Part shown: positions 54,975-63,455 of the stretch, piece after piece
How the letters are laid out: each line of letters opens with the position of its first letter
Position numbering within the stretch: position 1 is the first letter of the stretch
Virus record (IMG/VR): IMGVR_UViG_3300032291_001597
Coordinates: 1-64,000 of that record
Source: a virus
DNA: 64,000 nucleotides
Direction: 5' to 3' (one strand)
Position numbers and translations under genes: made by a program
The notes under the pieces: generated by a model
The model's input: only the letters and a program-made list of their open reading frames with translations
Told to the model about the DNA's origin: nothing
The model's database searches: none

Positions 54975-55469
54975 ATGAGTGTAAAAAACAAAAAGGACAG
55001 CGCAGGTAAGGCGCTGTATGTGGAGTTCCGCAAGGCAGGCTACACATATCAGTTCATCCTCACCCCTGAGGCTATCTTCAATGGTCAGTTCTATCCTGTC
55101 CACTTTATGCGTAGAAATATGAACGCTTTCCAGTCTCGCAAGAACTGGGCTATCGATGCGACTCGTCACCTCCCAAGCCCACCTCTCGACGAGGCAGGGG
55201 GCTTTGCTCAGGCATCAGATGTCGAGGCAAAGCAAATGGCAGAACTCAAGTTACAGTTTGTGAAAAGCACGCTGAGCGACTTGTTCTACAAAGAGTGGGT
55301 CGTCTTCAAAAACCCAATCGCTGTCGAAGTCACTTACGAGGACCTAGACCTGATTGCTCAGAAGAAAACCCCTCAAGCGCTGATTCGCCGAATCCAGCGT
55401 TCACGAATCGAGTTCGGTTTTGGAGAAGACCTAGTGCCTTCCACTGAGCCAGCGATTCCAGTAGCGTAA
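54975..55469 (+). CDS. Hypothetical protein
   Basis: Own promoter; SD GGAAGGA. Confidence 0.65.
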   Translation: MSVKNKKDSAGKALYVEFRKAGYTYQFILTPEAIFNGQFYPVHFMRRNMNAFQSRKNWAIDATRHLPSPPLDEAGGFAQASDVEAKQMAELKLQFVKSTLSDLFYKEWVVFKNPIAVEVTYEDLDLIAQKKTPQALIRRIQRSRIEFGFGEDLVPSTEPAIPVA

Positions 55470-55494
55470 TTCTCAGATAGGAAGGAAATACAAA

Positions 55495-56499
55495 ATGACT
55501 GAGACTACAACAACCTTTATCGAGAAGGCAGAACGCCTTCACGCAGATTTGCCAGCAGTTCTTTATGGACTTGCTGGACAAGCGATAAACTCAGAGTTGG
55601 GAAAAACTCTCGACTCTTACTACGACGACAAAGTAGGTCGCGCTGTTATTCGCAATCGTGGATTAGTGAAAGGCAAAATCATTAGCGCAGATGCTCTTGT
55701 AGGAGAAGACTCTTACGCAAGACCTAATGGCGACAAATACTTTGCTCGCAACTGGGGTTCTAGCGCACACAAGGATGTCGAAGTTCTTCGCAAGAGTCGC
55801 GATGTCAATCAGTTCGTGTTGCTTTATGGCGCACCTGGTTGTGGAAAAACCGCGCTCGCGGAAGCCGCGTTTGGTTCAGACCTTTACACAGTTCTAGGTT
55901 CTGGCGACACAGAAGTTTCTGACTTGGTAGGTGGCTATGTCCAAACTCCAAGTGGTTCGTTCGAGTGGATTGATGGTCCTCTCCTTCGCGCAGCAGAAGA
56001 AGGCAAAGTTCTTCTGATTGACGAAGTGGGTCTTATCGACTCGAAGGTCCTGACTGTTGTCTATGGACTTATGGATGGTCGTCGCGAGTACACAGTTACT
56101 GCTAACCCAGAGCGTGGCACAGTCAAGGCGCAAGAAGGATTCTTCGTAATCGCCGCGACTAACCCAAACGCACCGGGCGTAGTTCTGTCAGAGGCTTTGC
56201 TATCGCGATTCACAGTTCAGGCAGAAATGACTACTGACTGGTCGCTCGCGAAGAAGTTGGGCGTTCCAATGCAAATGGTTACTGCGGCGCAGAACCTTGC
56301 TAAGAAGTTCACCAGCGACGAAGTTTCGTGGGTCCCTCAGATGCGCGAGTTGCTCGCGTTCCGAGACCTGTCGAAAGTGTTTGGCACCTCGTGGGCTATC
56401 GAGAATCTGATAGCCGCCTGCCCTGAGTTAGACAGACCAACTGTGGTCGATGTGCTGACTCGTGTGTATGGCGAAGAGTGCCGCTCAGCCAGAATCTAG
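55495..56499 (+). CDS. MoxR/CbbQ/CobS-like AAA+ ATPase
   Basis: GAPGCGKT, WIDGPL, LLIDE, AATNP, EALLSRF, MRELL. Confidence 0.9.
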   Translation: MTETTTTFIEKAERLHADLPAVLYGLAGQAINSELGKTLDSYYDDKVGRAVIRNRGLVKGKIISADALVGEDSYARPNGDKYFARNWGSSAHKDVEVLRKSRDVNQFVLLYGAPGCGKTALAEAAFGSDLYTVLGSGDTEVSDLVGGYVQTPSGSFEWIDGPLLRAAEEGKVLLIDEVGLIDSKVLTVVYGLMDGRREYTVTANPERGTVKAQEGFFVIAATNPNAPGVVLSEALLSRFTVQAEMTTDWSLAKKLGVPMQMVTAAQNLAKKFTSDEVSWVPQMRELLAFRDLSKVFGTSWAIENLIAACPELDRPTVVDVLTRVYGEECRSARI

Positions 56500-56561
56500 G
56501 CTCCTTCCCCTAGATTCTCCAGCGAGGGGGTGGGTTAGTTCCCCCACTAACTCACCCTCTC
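56491..56561 (+). ncRNA. Tandem hairpins with pyrimidine/C-rich loops at the 3' end of the AAA+ gene
   Basis: AGAATCTAGG-CTCCTTCC-CCTAGATTCT and 16-bp stem 56524-56539/56546-56561 with loop TCCCCC. Confidence 0.55.
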
Positions 56562-56633
56562 TTCAACTTGACAATCAATAAAAAAACCTTTACCATTACA
56601 GAGTAGCAATTAGATGAAAGGACACAAAGACTA

Positions 56634-58496
56634 ATGGCTCATTACTCACCTAGTATCGAAACTAGAAAATCCACTCCAACTGAGTGGCTACGAATTGGCG
56701 CACAGATTGGTCAAATCGTAAACAACTGGTCTTACAGAGACGACCTCGTGGTCTATCTAGGAGAAGAGATGTCTGCGCCTTACGCAGCGCTCTTCAATCC
56801 TGCGAGCGCCGAGGTCGAGGTCAACGTGGTTCGAGCATTTGGCTCGTTCGCAAATCCTGCTTTGATTGGCGACCTCACCAAGCGCAAGAACCAACTCGAG
56901 CACGCATCAGGTTGTGGCTCTGTCTATCACGAGGCTTGCCACGCGCGATTCACTCGTTGGTCTCTCGCAGACGCTGCTCGTGTTTTGACTAAGCGCGAGC
57001 ACGATGCTCTGATGCTTTTGGAAGAAGGTCGCATCGAATCTTTTGGAGTCGCCTCAATCCCGGGCAACAAAATTCTTCTTCGCTCTTCTGGTATGGAAAT
57101 CGCGATTGGCGACTTCGACAAAGTTAAGGAGAACCTCACCAGCATCGATAGCGTCGTTCAGTTGTGTGGGCTAATGCTTGCTCGCGTTGATGCTGGCGTT
57201 TTCACAGAAGAAGATGTCGAGCCTTTGGCAGAAGTCGTTGACTTAGCGATTGGCGCAGACAACGTTGCCAAGTTGCGTTCTATCTGGATTGCGTTCCAAG
57301 CGCACGACCAGCACACCAACGCTCTGCCTCTTTACGACCTTGCTCGCGAGTGGGTCAAGATTGTAGACGAGATTAAATCAGAGAAGGGCGAAGAGTCTAA
57401 CGATGGTGGATGCTCTTACCCCGGAGCATCAGGTGAGCCGGGCGCATCAGGTGAGCCGGGCGAGCCAAGCGAATCAGGTGAGCCAAGCGAGAACCCAATT
57501 TGGAAAGCAGTCAACAAGGCTCTTGAAGATGCTATCGAAGAAATAAAAGACAACATCCAGATTGACAACCAAACTATTATTGATAACGCAATCGAAGACG
57601 AAGAGATGCGCGAAGAAGTTCAGGCTCGCAACTCTGAGGCAGAACGTCGTCAAGAAGAGAAGAAGGTTTCTGATGAAGTCTTTGGTCGTGGCACTGGTCC
57701 TAGCGCAGACACTAAGACTCGCTCGAGACTAATCGAGAGTCGCAAGCCAACTAGTTCAGAGCGAGCCTCTGCTGTTCGAGTTGCTCGACTACTCGACAAA
57801 GCGAAATACCGCGAGCGCGAGCAAACTCGTATCAAGAGCGTAGTTCCACCGGGTCGCCTTCGCACGCGAGCAATCGTTCAGGGTCAGGCTCTCAAGTCGA
57901 AGGGTATCAACCAAGAGACAGAGGCGTGGCGTAGAACCCAGCGCAAGCACACAGAAGACCCAACTCTTCACGTGGGCGTGCTGGTAGACATCTCAGGCTC
58001 GATGCGTAGCGCGATGAACCCAATGGCGACAACTGCTTGGGTTCTGTCAGAGGCTGGTCGTAGGATTCAGGCTCAGACTTCGATGGTCTACTTCGGCAAT
58101 GGCGTGTTCCCGACTCTCAAGCCGGGACAGCACCTAGACGAAGTGAAGGTCTACTCGGCTACTGACAACACCGAGCGATTCGAGAAGGCGTTCAAGGCGT
58201 TGAACGGTCAGATGAATCTGACTCGCAGTTCGGGCGCTCGTCTGCTCGTGATTGTGTCTGACGGATACTACGACTACGACCAGCGCGAGGCTGCTAGCAA
58301 AGCGGTAGCGGAGTGCGACAAGGCAGGCGTGGCAGTTATCTGGCTCACCTACGACGAAGGCTCGACGGCTAAGGCGATTCTCCAAAACACCAAGAACGCC
58401 CGACTGATTCTCGCGAACGGCAAGACATCGGAAGAGGTCGCCCAACTAATCGGTAGCGAGTCTGCCGATGCGCTGACCAAGGTCGGCAGGAGATAA
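56634..58496 (+). CDS. CobT-like/vWA protein with N-terminal HExxH domain
   Basis: YHEACHARFT, LLEEGRIE, acidic GEP linker, MIDAS DISGS, IVSDG. Confidence 0.85.
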   Translation: MAHYSPSIETRKSTPTEWLRIGAQIGQIVNNWSYRDDLVVYLGEEMSAPYAALFNPASAEVEVNVVRAFGSFANPALIGDLTKRKNQLEHASGCGSVYHEACHARFTRWSLADAARVLTKREHDALMLLEEGRIESFGVASIPGNKILLRSSGMEIAIGDFDKVKENLTSIDSVVQLCGLMLARVDAGVFTEEDVEPLAEVVDLAIGADNVAKLRSIWIAFQAHDQHTNALPLYDLAREWVKIVDEIKSEKGEESNDGGCSYPGASGEPGASGEPGEPSESGEPSENPIWKAVNKALEDAIEEIKDNIQIDNQTIIDNAIEDEEMREEVQARNSEAERRQEEKKVSDEVFGRGTGPSADTKTRSRLIESRKPTSSERASAVRVARLLDKAKYREREQTRIKSVVPPGRLRTRAIVQGQALKSKGINQETEAWRRTQRKHTEDPTLHVGVLVDISGSMRSAMNPMATTAWVLSEAGRRIQAQTSMVYFGNGVFPTLKPGQHLDEVKVYSATDNTERFEKAFKALNGQMNLTRSSGARLLVIVSDGYYDYDQREAASKAVAECDKAGVAVIWLTYDEGSTAKAILQNTKNARLILANGKTSEEVAQLIGSESADALTKVGRR

Positions 58497-58500
58497 CGGC

Positions 58501-58533
58501 TTGGGGGTAGGGATTGTGTCCCCCTACCCCCGA
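58501..58533 (+). terminator. 3' hairpin (terminator- or stability-type)
   Basis: TTGGGGGTAGGG-ATTGTGTCC-CCCTACCCCCGA; no U tract. Confidence 0.5.
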
Positions 58534-58622
58534 CACGCCGATACAATAAAACTTGACACGGCAAGCGAATAGCGCAATAATTAGATACACGAGCCAACGG
58601 CTCGCCTAACGGAAGGACAGAA

Positions 58623-59048
58623 ATGGGACAGTATCATCGGCTCGTCAATCTAGACAAGCAGGAGTGGGTAGACCCACACGGCTTGGGATTGGGTAGCAAA
58701 CAATTAGAGCACACGGGTGCGTTCAACGGGTCGCTCTCTGACGCAATGTATTTACTCGTAATGAGTAGCCCGAGACGCGGTGGCGGAGACTGGGCAGAGA
58801 CCGAGGTCTCTGGGCGCTGGGTTGGAGATAGGGTCGTTCTACTGGGCGACTACACAGAAGACGCAGACATTCCCGGTATCGAGAACGCAGGGAAACTCTA
58901 CGCTCAGGTCGAGCAAGAGTTTCTGGACATCACGCCTCAGGTGCGAGACGCTTTCAAACTCGTGTTCAAATTGGACTACGAGATGAAGGTCAGCGATTGG
59001 GACTCTGAGTATTCGTATTGGATAGTCAAGGACCCTGAGCGAGTCTAA
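58623..59048 (+). CDS. Conserved-type hypothetical phage protein
   Basis: MGQYH.LVNLDK.E...GRWVGDRVVLLGDY pattern; own promoter and SD. Confidence 0.7.
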   Translation: MGQYHRLVNLDKQEWVDPHGLGLGSKQLEHTGAFNGSLSDAMYLLVMSSPRRGGGDWAETEVSGRWVGDRVVLLGDYTEDADIPGIENAGKLYAQVEQEFLDITPQVRDAFKLVFKLDYEMKVSDWDSEYSYWIVKDPERV

Positions 59049-59057
59049 AAACTGACG

Positions 59058-59093
59058 AAAGCCACGAGCCTCGAAAGGGGTTCGTGGTTTTTT
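59058..59093 (+). terminator. Intrinsic terminator
   Basis: GCCACGAGCCTC-GAAA-GGGGTTCGTGGT followed by TTTTT. Confidence 0.85.
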
Positions 59094-59291
59094 CGTATCT
59101 TGAAAAAGGGGTAGCCCTTTTTCCAAGCGAGGTTTTGACTCGCTCGCTCACTCGCTGTGAAATAAAAATCTGAGTCGTGCTTCTCCTGAACGACACGCCA
59201 AAAAAAAGTTCTATAAATAACTTGACTTAATGTCAGGGCTATGTTTTACTATACCTACATCAAAGTTCTTTGGAAGGAGAACAAACAAAAA

Positions 59292-59696
59292 ATGGCAAAT
59301 TACTACGAGTCAGCAAGAAGCAATTATTTCTTTGTCAAGGACATTGAAGCGTTCGAGGAAGAACTAAATGGTTCTGGTCTCGAAATCAGCACCAAGAAGA
59401 TTGACGACCTAACTCAGGTGTGTCTTCTCGCAAGCGAGGAAAATGGTTTCCCCTTCGAGAAATACGACCTAGACACTTTCGACTCAGAAGAGTTGGATTG
59501 GTCAGACATCTTCAAGCGACACCTAGTTGATAACCAAGTGGCAATCATTATGGGGTCTGGTGCTGAGAAACTCCGCTACATCACAGGCTGGGCTATGGCG
59601 TTCAACAACAAGGGCGAGAGCAAGTCAATCAACCTCGACGCAATCTACGACCTAGCCAAAGAACTTGGCTCAGAAATCACCACAGCAACATACTAA
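59292..59696 (+). CDS. Hypothetical protein
   Basis: MANYYESARSNYF...GAEKLRY; ATG after SD GGAAGGAG. Confidence 0.7.
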   Translation: MANYYESARSNYFFVKDIEAFEEELNGSGLEISTKKIDDLTQVCLLASEENGFPFEKYDLDTFDSEELDWSDIFKRHLVDNQVAIIMGSGAEKLRYITGWAMAFNNKGESKSINLDAIYDLAKELGSEITTATY

Positions 59697-59774
59697 AAAT
59701 AGTTGGGCGTGGTGCTTGACAAATGTCAGGCACTACGCTTATACTGAAAACATAAGTTCTTGGAAGGAGAACAA

Positions 59775-59894
59775 ATGGACATCACAACCCAAGTCTGTAT
59801 TTGCGACATCTGCGAATCACCAGACAAGCACAACATCTACGCAGAAGGTTTCTGCCAAGAGTGCTACGAAGAGTGTCGAGAGGAAAACAACTAA
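59775..59894 (+). CDS. Small zinc-finger protein, 39 aa (not in ORF track)
   Basis: Own promoter; SD GGAAGGAG; CDIC...CQEC. Confidence 0.6.
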   Translation: MDITTQVCICDICESPDKHNIYAEGFCQECYEECREENN

Positions 59895-60040
59895 TGACAG
59901 AAATCAACAAGTGCGACTTGTGCCTAGAGGTCTCAACTGAGGCTCTAGTCAAGTTCGTGAAATTAGACATCTGCGCTGAGTGCGCCGAGAAAATTGACGA
60001 ACAGCACGAGCGTCTTATGCGCTATCTAGACCAACTCTAA
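59894..60040 (+). CDS. Small zinc-finger protein, 48 aa
   Basis: Coupled TAATG; CDLC...CAEC. Confidence 0.6.
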   Translation: MTEINKCDLCLEVSTEALVKFVKLDICAECAEKIDEQHERLMRYLDQL

Positions 60041-60057
60041 AAAAGGAAAATAAGCAA

Positions 60058-60327
60058 ATGGAAAAAATCACAGTAAATCTAAAAAGCGAGGCGTTCGCCT
60101 CAATAGACCAACTCATTTCGACTTGGGACAACACCTTCTTGTATCGCCTAACTTGGACAGACAATGTGGCAAACACTTGGGAAGAGTATTACCCAACTTT
60201 GCCAATCGCTCTCGTTCGACTTTCGGCGCTCGCAGAGTGCGTGGATTTCCCAGACAAGTCGTTCAGGGCAGAGCCAGCGAAGTTCATTACTTCTGCTCAG
60301 GAGTTCCTAGACGAGCAGGTGGCATAA
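60058..60327 (+). CDS. Hypothetical protein
   Basis: SD AAGGA. Confidence 0.6.
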   Translation: MEKITVNLKSEAFASIDQLISTWDNTFLYRLTWTDNVANTWEEYYPTLPIALVRLSALAECVDFPDKSFRAEPAKFITSAQEFLDEQVA

Positions 60328-60386
60328 AGAACGCTACCTAGGCGTTGATGTAAAATGAAAACATACAAAAGAAAGTTGAGGCTCTT

Positions 60387-60605
60387 ATGACTCAGTATCA
60401 GGTAGTAGTGCCTGTCTCGTTTATGCTCGAAGCAAATAGCGAGGCAGAGGCAAAGCGAATTGCCACAGGGCTAATTCACGAACACATTAATGGAAACAAG
60501 TTAGAGGCAGAGTTTATTGAGGAAACTTTTGGCAAGCAAGAAAAGCCAAACTTCTCTGTTCAAGACTTGGAAGCCATTGAGTGTTCCGCACTTGACAACG
60601 AATAA
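60387..60605 (+). CDS. Hypothetical protein
   Basis: SD GAGG; EANSEAEA motif. Confidence 0.55.
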   Translation: MTQYQVVVPVSFMLEANSEAEAKRIATGLIHEHINGNKLEAEFIEETFGKQEKPNFSVQDLEAIECSALDNE

Positions 60606-60652
60606 ATAAATCATTACCATTGAGGTAATGTCAAAAAACAAAAAAGGACAAA

Positions 60653-61042
60653 ATGACAACTATGACAAAGGTTCTACAAGACTCAGCGTTCTACACGAAC
60701 GAAGCAGGCACAGAGGTTGTATGGGACAACGACCCTAACAAGCGCTTCTATGTCGTGCGTAATGGCGAAATGCGTATCCACGCAACCAAAGATGGAGAAC
60801 ACATTGAGGTTATTCGCTACACAGACCAACTCCGAGACTTTGGCATTACAGATGATTCCGCGCTCGCGGTCTGGTCTGCTAAAGATGAAGAAGTATTTTC
60901 TTGGGTAAACAACTCTTGGTTTGAGGTCTATGACACAAACGACAGCGAGTGGTATTCAGACCCAATCCACGCTTTCGACGAGGCAGTAGAGTTCGCTCTA
61001 GCCATCTCAGATAAGTTCGGCAAGGACAAGGTGGTGAAGTAA
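60653..61042 (+). CDS. Hypothetical protein
   Basis: Own promoter; SD AAGGA; NNSWFEVY. Confidence 0.65.
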   Translation: MTTMTKVLQDSAFYTNEAGTEVVWDNDPNKRFYVVRNGEMRIHATKDGEHIEVIRYTDQLRDFGITDDSALAVWSAKDEEVFSWVNNSWFEVYDTNDSEWYSDPIHAFDEAVEFALAISDKFGKDKVVK

Positions 61043-61317
61043 TGAAGGTGCGTCAAGCAGTTGGCGAGGTAATCCGTGAGGCACGCCTCGAACGCAAGAT
61101 GACTCTTCGAGACCTGTCTTCAGTTTCTAGCGTCGCCCTCGGATACCTGAGCGAACTAGAGCGTGGACAGAAAGAGGCTTCATCAGAAATCCTCGACAGC
61201 GTGGCACTCGGCTTGGGTATTTCACTTTCCGAATTGGTGGTTCAGACGGGTTATAGAATAATGTTGAACGAACCCGTCAACGAGCCTGAGAGACTCTTAG
61301 AGTTCGCACGGGTCTAA
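61042..61317 (+). CDS. XRE-family HTH regulator, ClgR-like
   Basis: GEVIREAR...TLRDLS...VALGYLSELERGQKEASSEIL, matching the actinobacterial ClgR signature. Confidence 0.8.
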   Translation: MKVRQAVGEVIREARLERKMTLRDLSSVSSVALGYLSELERGQKEASSEILDSVALGLGISLSELVVQTGYRIMLNEPVNEPERLLEFARV

Positions 61318-61332
61318 ATAGTTAGGAACACA

Positions 61333-61512
61333 ATGGGTGCTTTAGAGACGCTCTGGAAACTTGCTGACGATTTTGAAATCAAACCCGAACGGCTCGCCGA
61401 GAGTGCGGAACTGTCCGCTCTGATTTCGAAGAACACCGCCTACGCCGAGTTATCGGCTTGGGTAAAGAAGAACCTTGGTGGTTTCAAGACCGCCAAGAAA
61501 TCTTCTAAATAA
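61333..61512 (+). CDS. Hypothetical protein, 59 aa (not in ORF track)
   Basis: ATG after SD AGGA; open to TAA 61510-61512. Confidence 0.55.
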   Translation: MGALETLWKLADDFEIKPERLAESAELSALISKNTAYAELSAWVKKNLGGFKTAKKSSK

Positions 61513-61549
61513 ACTTGACACGGCTAGGCTTATCGGCTAGCCTTGAAGA

Positions 61550-61668
61550 ACAACGGGCGTAGGTTCACCCCCCCTCGAACCTACGGCTCGTGCGTGATGA
61601 GTTTTATTGCTTTCTCATCACGGCTCGCCCCCTAACTGCTTCCCCCAGCGGTTAGGGGGTTTTCTTTT
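61550..61668 (+). ncRNA. Stand-alone three-hairpin sRNA with C-rich loops (6C-like)
   Basis: Promoter TTGACA-17-TAGCCT; CGTAGGTTC-ACCCCCCCTC-GAACCTACG; CGTGATGAG/CTCATCACG; CCCCCTAACTGCT-TCCCCC-AGCGGTTAGGGGG followed by TTTTCTTTT. Confidence 0.65.
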
Positions 61669-61776
61669 GACGGCTCGCCCTTACACGCTATGCGTGTCGC
61701 CCGTAGCCCTTGACGGATAGCCCTGAGCGTGTATAATGGTAGGACAGCCAACGGAGACGCAACGGAAGGAGTTGTA

Positions 61777-62004
61777 ATGGCAAGGAAGAAGAAGCCAGCA
61801 CTCGACCAAGCGAACGAAGCAAGACGCAAGGCTGAGGCGAAAGCCTTGGCAGAGATACTGCGAGAGCGAGCGAGGTCGAACGCAAGTGGCGTTCACGAGG
61901 ACAAGCGAACAAAGCGTTTGCGAACTCGTGAGGCGAAGACGAGGGAAGCCCTGAGAGATTTTGACTCAGGGCTTTTTTCGTATCGAGCGAAGCGAGGGGT
62001 CTAG
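61777..62004 (+). CDS. Small very basic protein whose ORF runs through an intrinsic terminator
   Basis: SD GAAGGAG; RSNASGVHEDKRTKRLRTR; hairpin 61946-61974 plus T-run lies upstream of the stop. Confidence 0.6.
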   Translation: MARKKKPALDQANEARRKAEAKALAEILRERARSNASGVHEDKRTKRLRTREAKTREALRDFDSGLFSYRAKRGV

Positions 62005-62222
62005 GTTTTCGCTTGGAAAAAGAGAGACCCCTTTACGCTTGACCGGGCTTCGAGTCTCGCCGCTGAGATTTTTATTTCGTAATCTCAAATCCTTTGACTC
62101 ATCAACTCAGCGACACGCCAAAAAACTTTTTTGAAAATGTGCTTGACAAATGTCGCAGGTGTCCCCTATCCTGACAGAGTGAAGTTAGATTGGCTTCACG
62201 AAAAAAGCAAAAGGAGTTTCAA

Positions 62223-62669
62223 ATGACCAACCCAGCAAGCGAGCGACAGGTCGCATACATCAACACGCTAATCGCAGAGCGTGGCTACCCAGAGCCTATT
62301 GACCTAAAAACCTTGACATCAAGAACTGCCAGCGAACTCATCTCCAAGTTGATGGCTATGCCAAAACTTGGGCGTGGGATTGACAAGGCTTTGTCTCAGG
62401 GTATGTATCACCTAGCAGGCGACATCTATCGCTTGAAGGAGAGTCGTGAGACAGGTCGTCTTTACGCCAAGCGTCTCACCATTGACCACAAGTTCGAGTA
62501 TGCTCCGGGGATTGCCTATCGCCTAACCAGCGAGAACAAAATGACCTTAGAGCAGGCAAAGGCTTATGGGGTCGAGACAGGGTTCTGCTGTGTCTGTGGG
62601 GCGTTCCTAACTGACGAGCGTTCTGTTCGTGATGGCATTGGCCCGGTCTGCGCCAAAAAGTATTTTTAG
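62223..62669 (+). CDS. DUF6011-like zinc-finger protein
   Basis: PASERQ..YI N-terminus; CCVCG..LTD..S...GIGPVC; SD AAGGAG. Confidence 0.75.
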   Translation: MTNPASERQVAYINTLIAERGYPEPIDLKTLTSRTASELISKLMAMPKLGRGIDKALSQGMYHLAGDIYRLKESRETGRLYAKRLTIDHKFEYAPGIAYRLTSENKMTLEQAKAYGVETGFCCVCGAFLTDERSVRDGIGPVCAKKYF

Positions 62670-62801
62670 GCGTTATAAATCTGTTATAAAAAAGTTTATA
62701 AATGAACTTGACAAGACAGACAATAGCGACAATACTTAGACCATAACTGAATAACAACTGAATACAAAAAACTCAATCATCAAAAATCCAAGAAGGACAT
62801 A

Positions 62802-63101
62802 ATGAAAGAAATCAAGAAAGTTGAACTCGGTTTCAACGCAGACGCACGACAGGCACTCGCAGAGTTGCTTGAAGCCAAGGCAGTTATCGCTCAGGCTACC
62901 GCCAAGAAGGAAGCCGCCCAGAAGGTTCTGTTTGACCTAATCGGCGACAACAACCAAGCAACCTTCGGTGGCGTTCTATCGTTCAAGGTAATTGACGGCA
63001 AGAACCGCCACGCTGACCTGACAATTCTCGAAGAGAAGTATCCCGAGATTTTCGCCGAAGTAATCCGCACAACTGAATACAAGCAAATCCGAACCGCCTA
63101 A
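62802..63101 (+). CDS. Hypothetical phage protein (coiled coil plus D..L.E.YPEIF motif)
   Basis: Own promoter; SD AAGGA. Confidence 0.65.
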   Translation: MKEIKKVELGFNADARQALAELLEAKAVIAQATAKKEAAQKVLFDLIGDNNQATFGGVLSFKVIDGKNRHADLTILEEKYPEIFAEVIRTTEYKQIRTA

Positions 63102-63124
63102 TCCCCCAACGGCGTTCGGTCGGC

Positions 63125-63157
63125 AAGCCCCCAGAGCAATCTGGGGGTTTTGTCTTT
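63125..63157 (+). terminator. Intrinsic terminator
   Basis: GCCCCCAGA-GCAA-TCTGGGGGT followed by TTTGTCTTT. Confidence 0.8.
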
Positions 63158-63455
63158 AACGGCTTGCCCTTGACGGCTCGCCCCTATGACCGCCAACGGA
63201 TAAGACCAACGGCTCGCCCTTGACGGCTCGCCTGATACGGATTGACGGCTCGCCCTATGCCAACGGCTAGCCCTTGACGGATAGCACGCCAGCGGGTCGC
63301 TGACGGCTCGCCCTTGACGGCTCGCCCTTGACGGACAGACGGACACAGACGGCTCGCCCTATGACCGCTGACGGCTTGCCCGTAGGAAGTCCAACGGCTT
63401 GCCCTAAGAGACCCTGACGGGTCGCTAACGGCTTGCCTATGACGGCTTGCCCTAA
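63157..63455 (+). repeat. Array of about 13 ACGGCT(C/T)GCCCT direct repeats
   Basis: Same-strand copies with irregular short gaps; extra dispersed copies near 58597, 61620 and 61670. Confidence 0.85.

Larger units (their letters stand above)
53942..62736 (+). promoter_or_regulatory. Series of housekeeping-sigma (early-type) promoters
   Basis: TTGACA at 53942, 54433, 54906, 56568, 58553, 59716, 60592, 61515, 62143, 62708 and TTGACT at 59222; -10 boxes at 17-18 nt such as CATACT 53965, TACCAT 56591 and 60615, TATACT 59740, TAGCCT 61538; A/T-rich UP elements. Confidence 0.75.

Noticed and set aside
55495-58496. cobS/cobT cobalamin-synthesis genes
   Set aside because: No cobN or other cob genes; a generic MoxR-vWA pair is the more parsimonious call
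63157-63455. CRISPR array
   Set aside because: Repeats are only ~12 bp, degenerate, with gaps from 2 to ~30 nt, no uniform spacers and no cas genes
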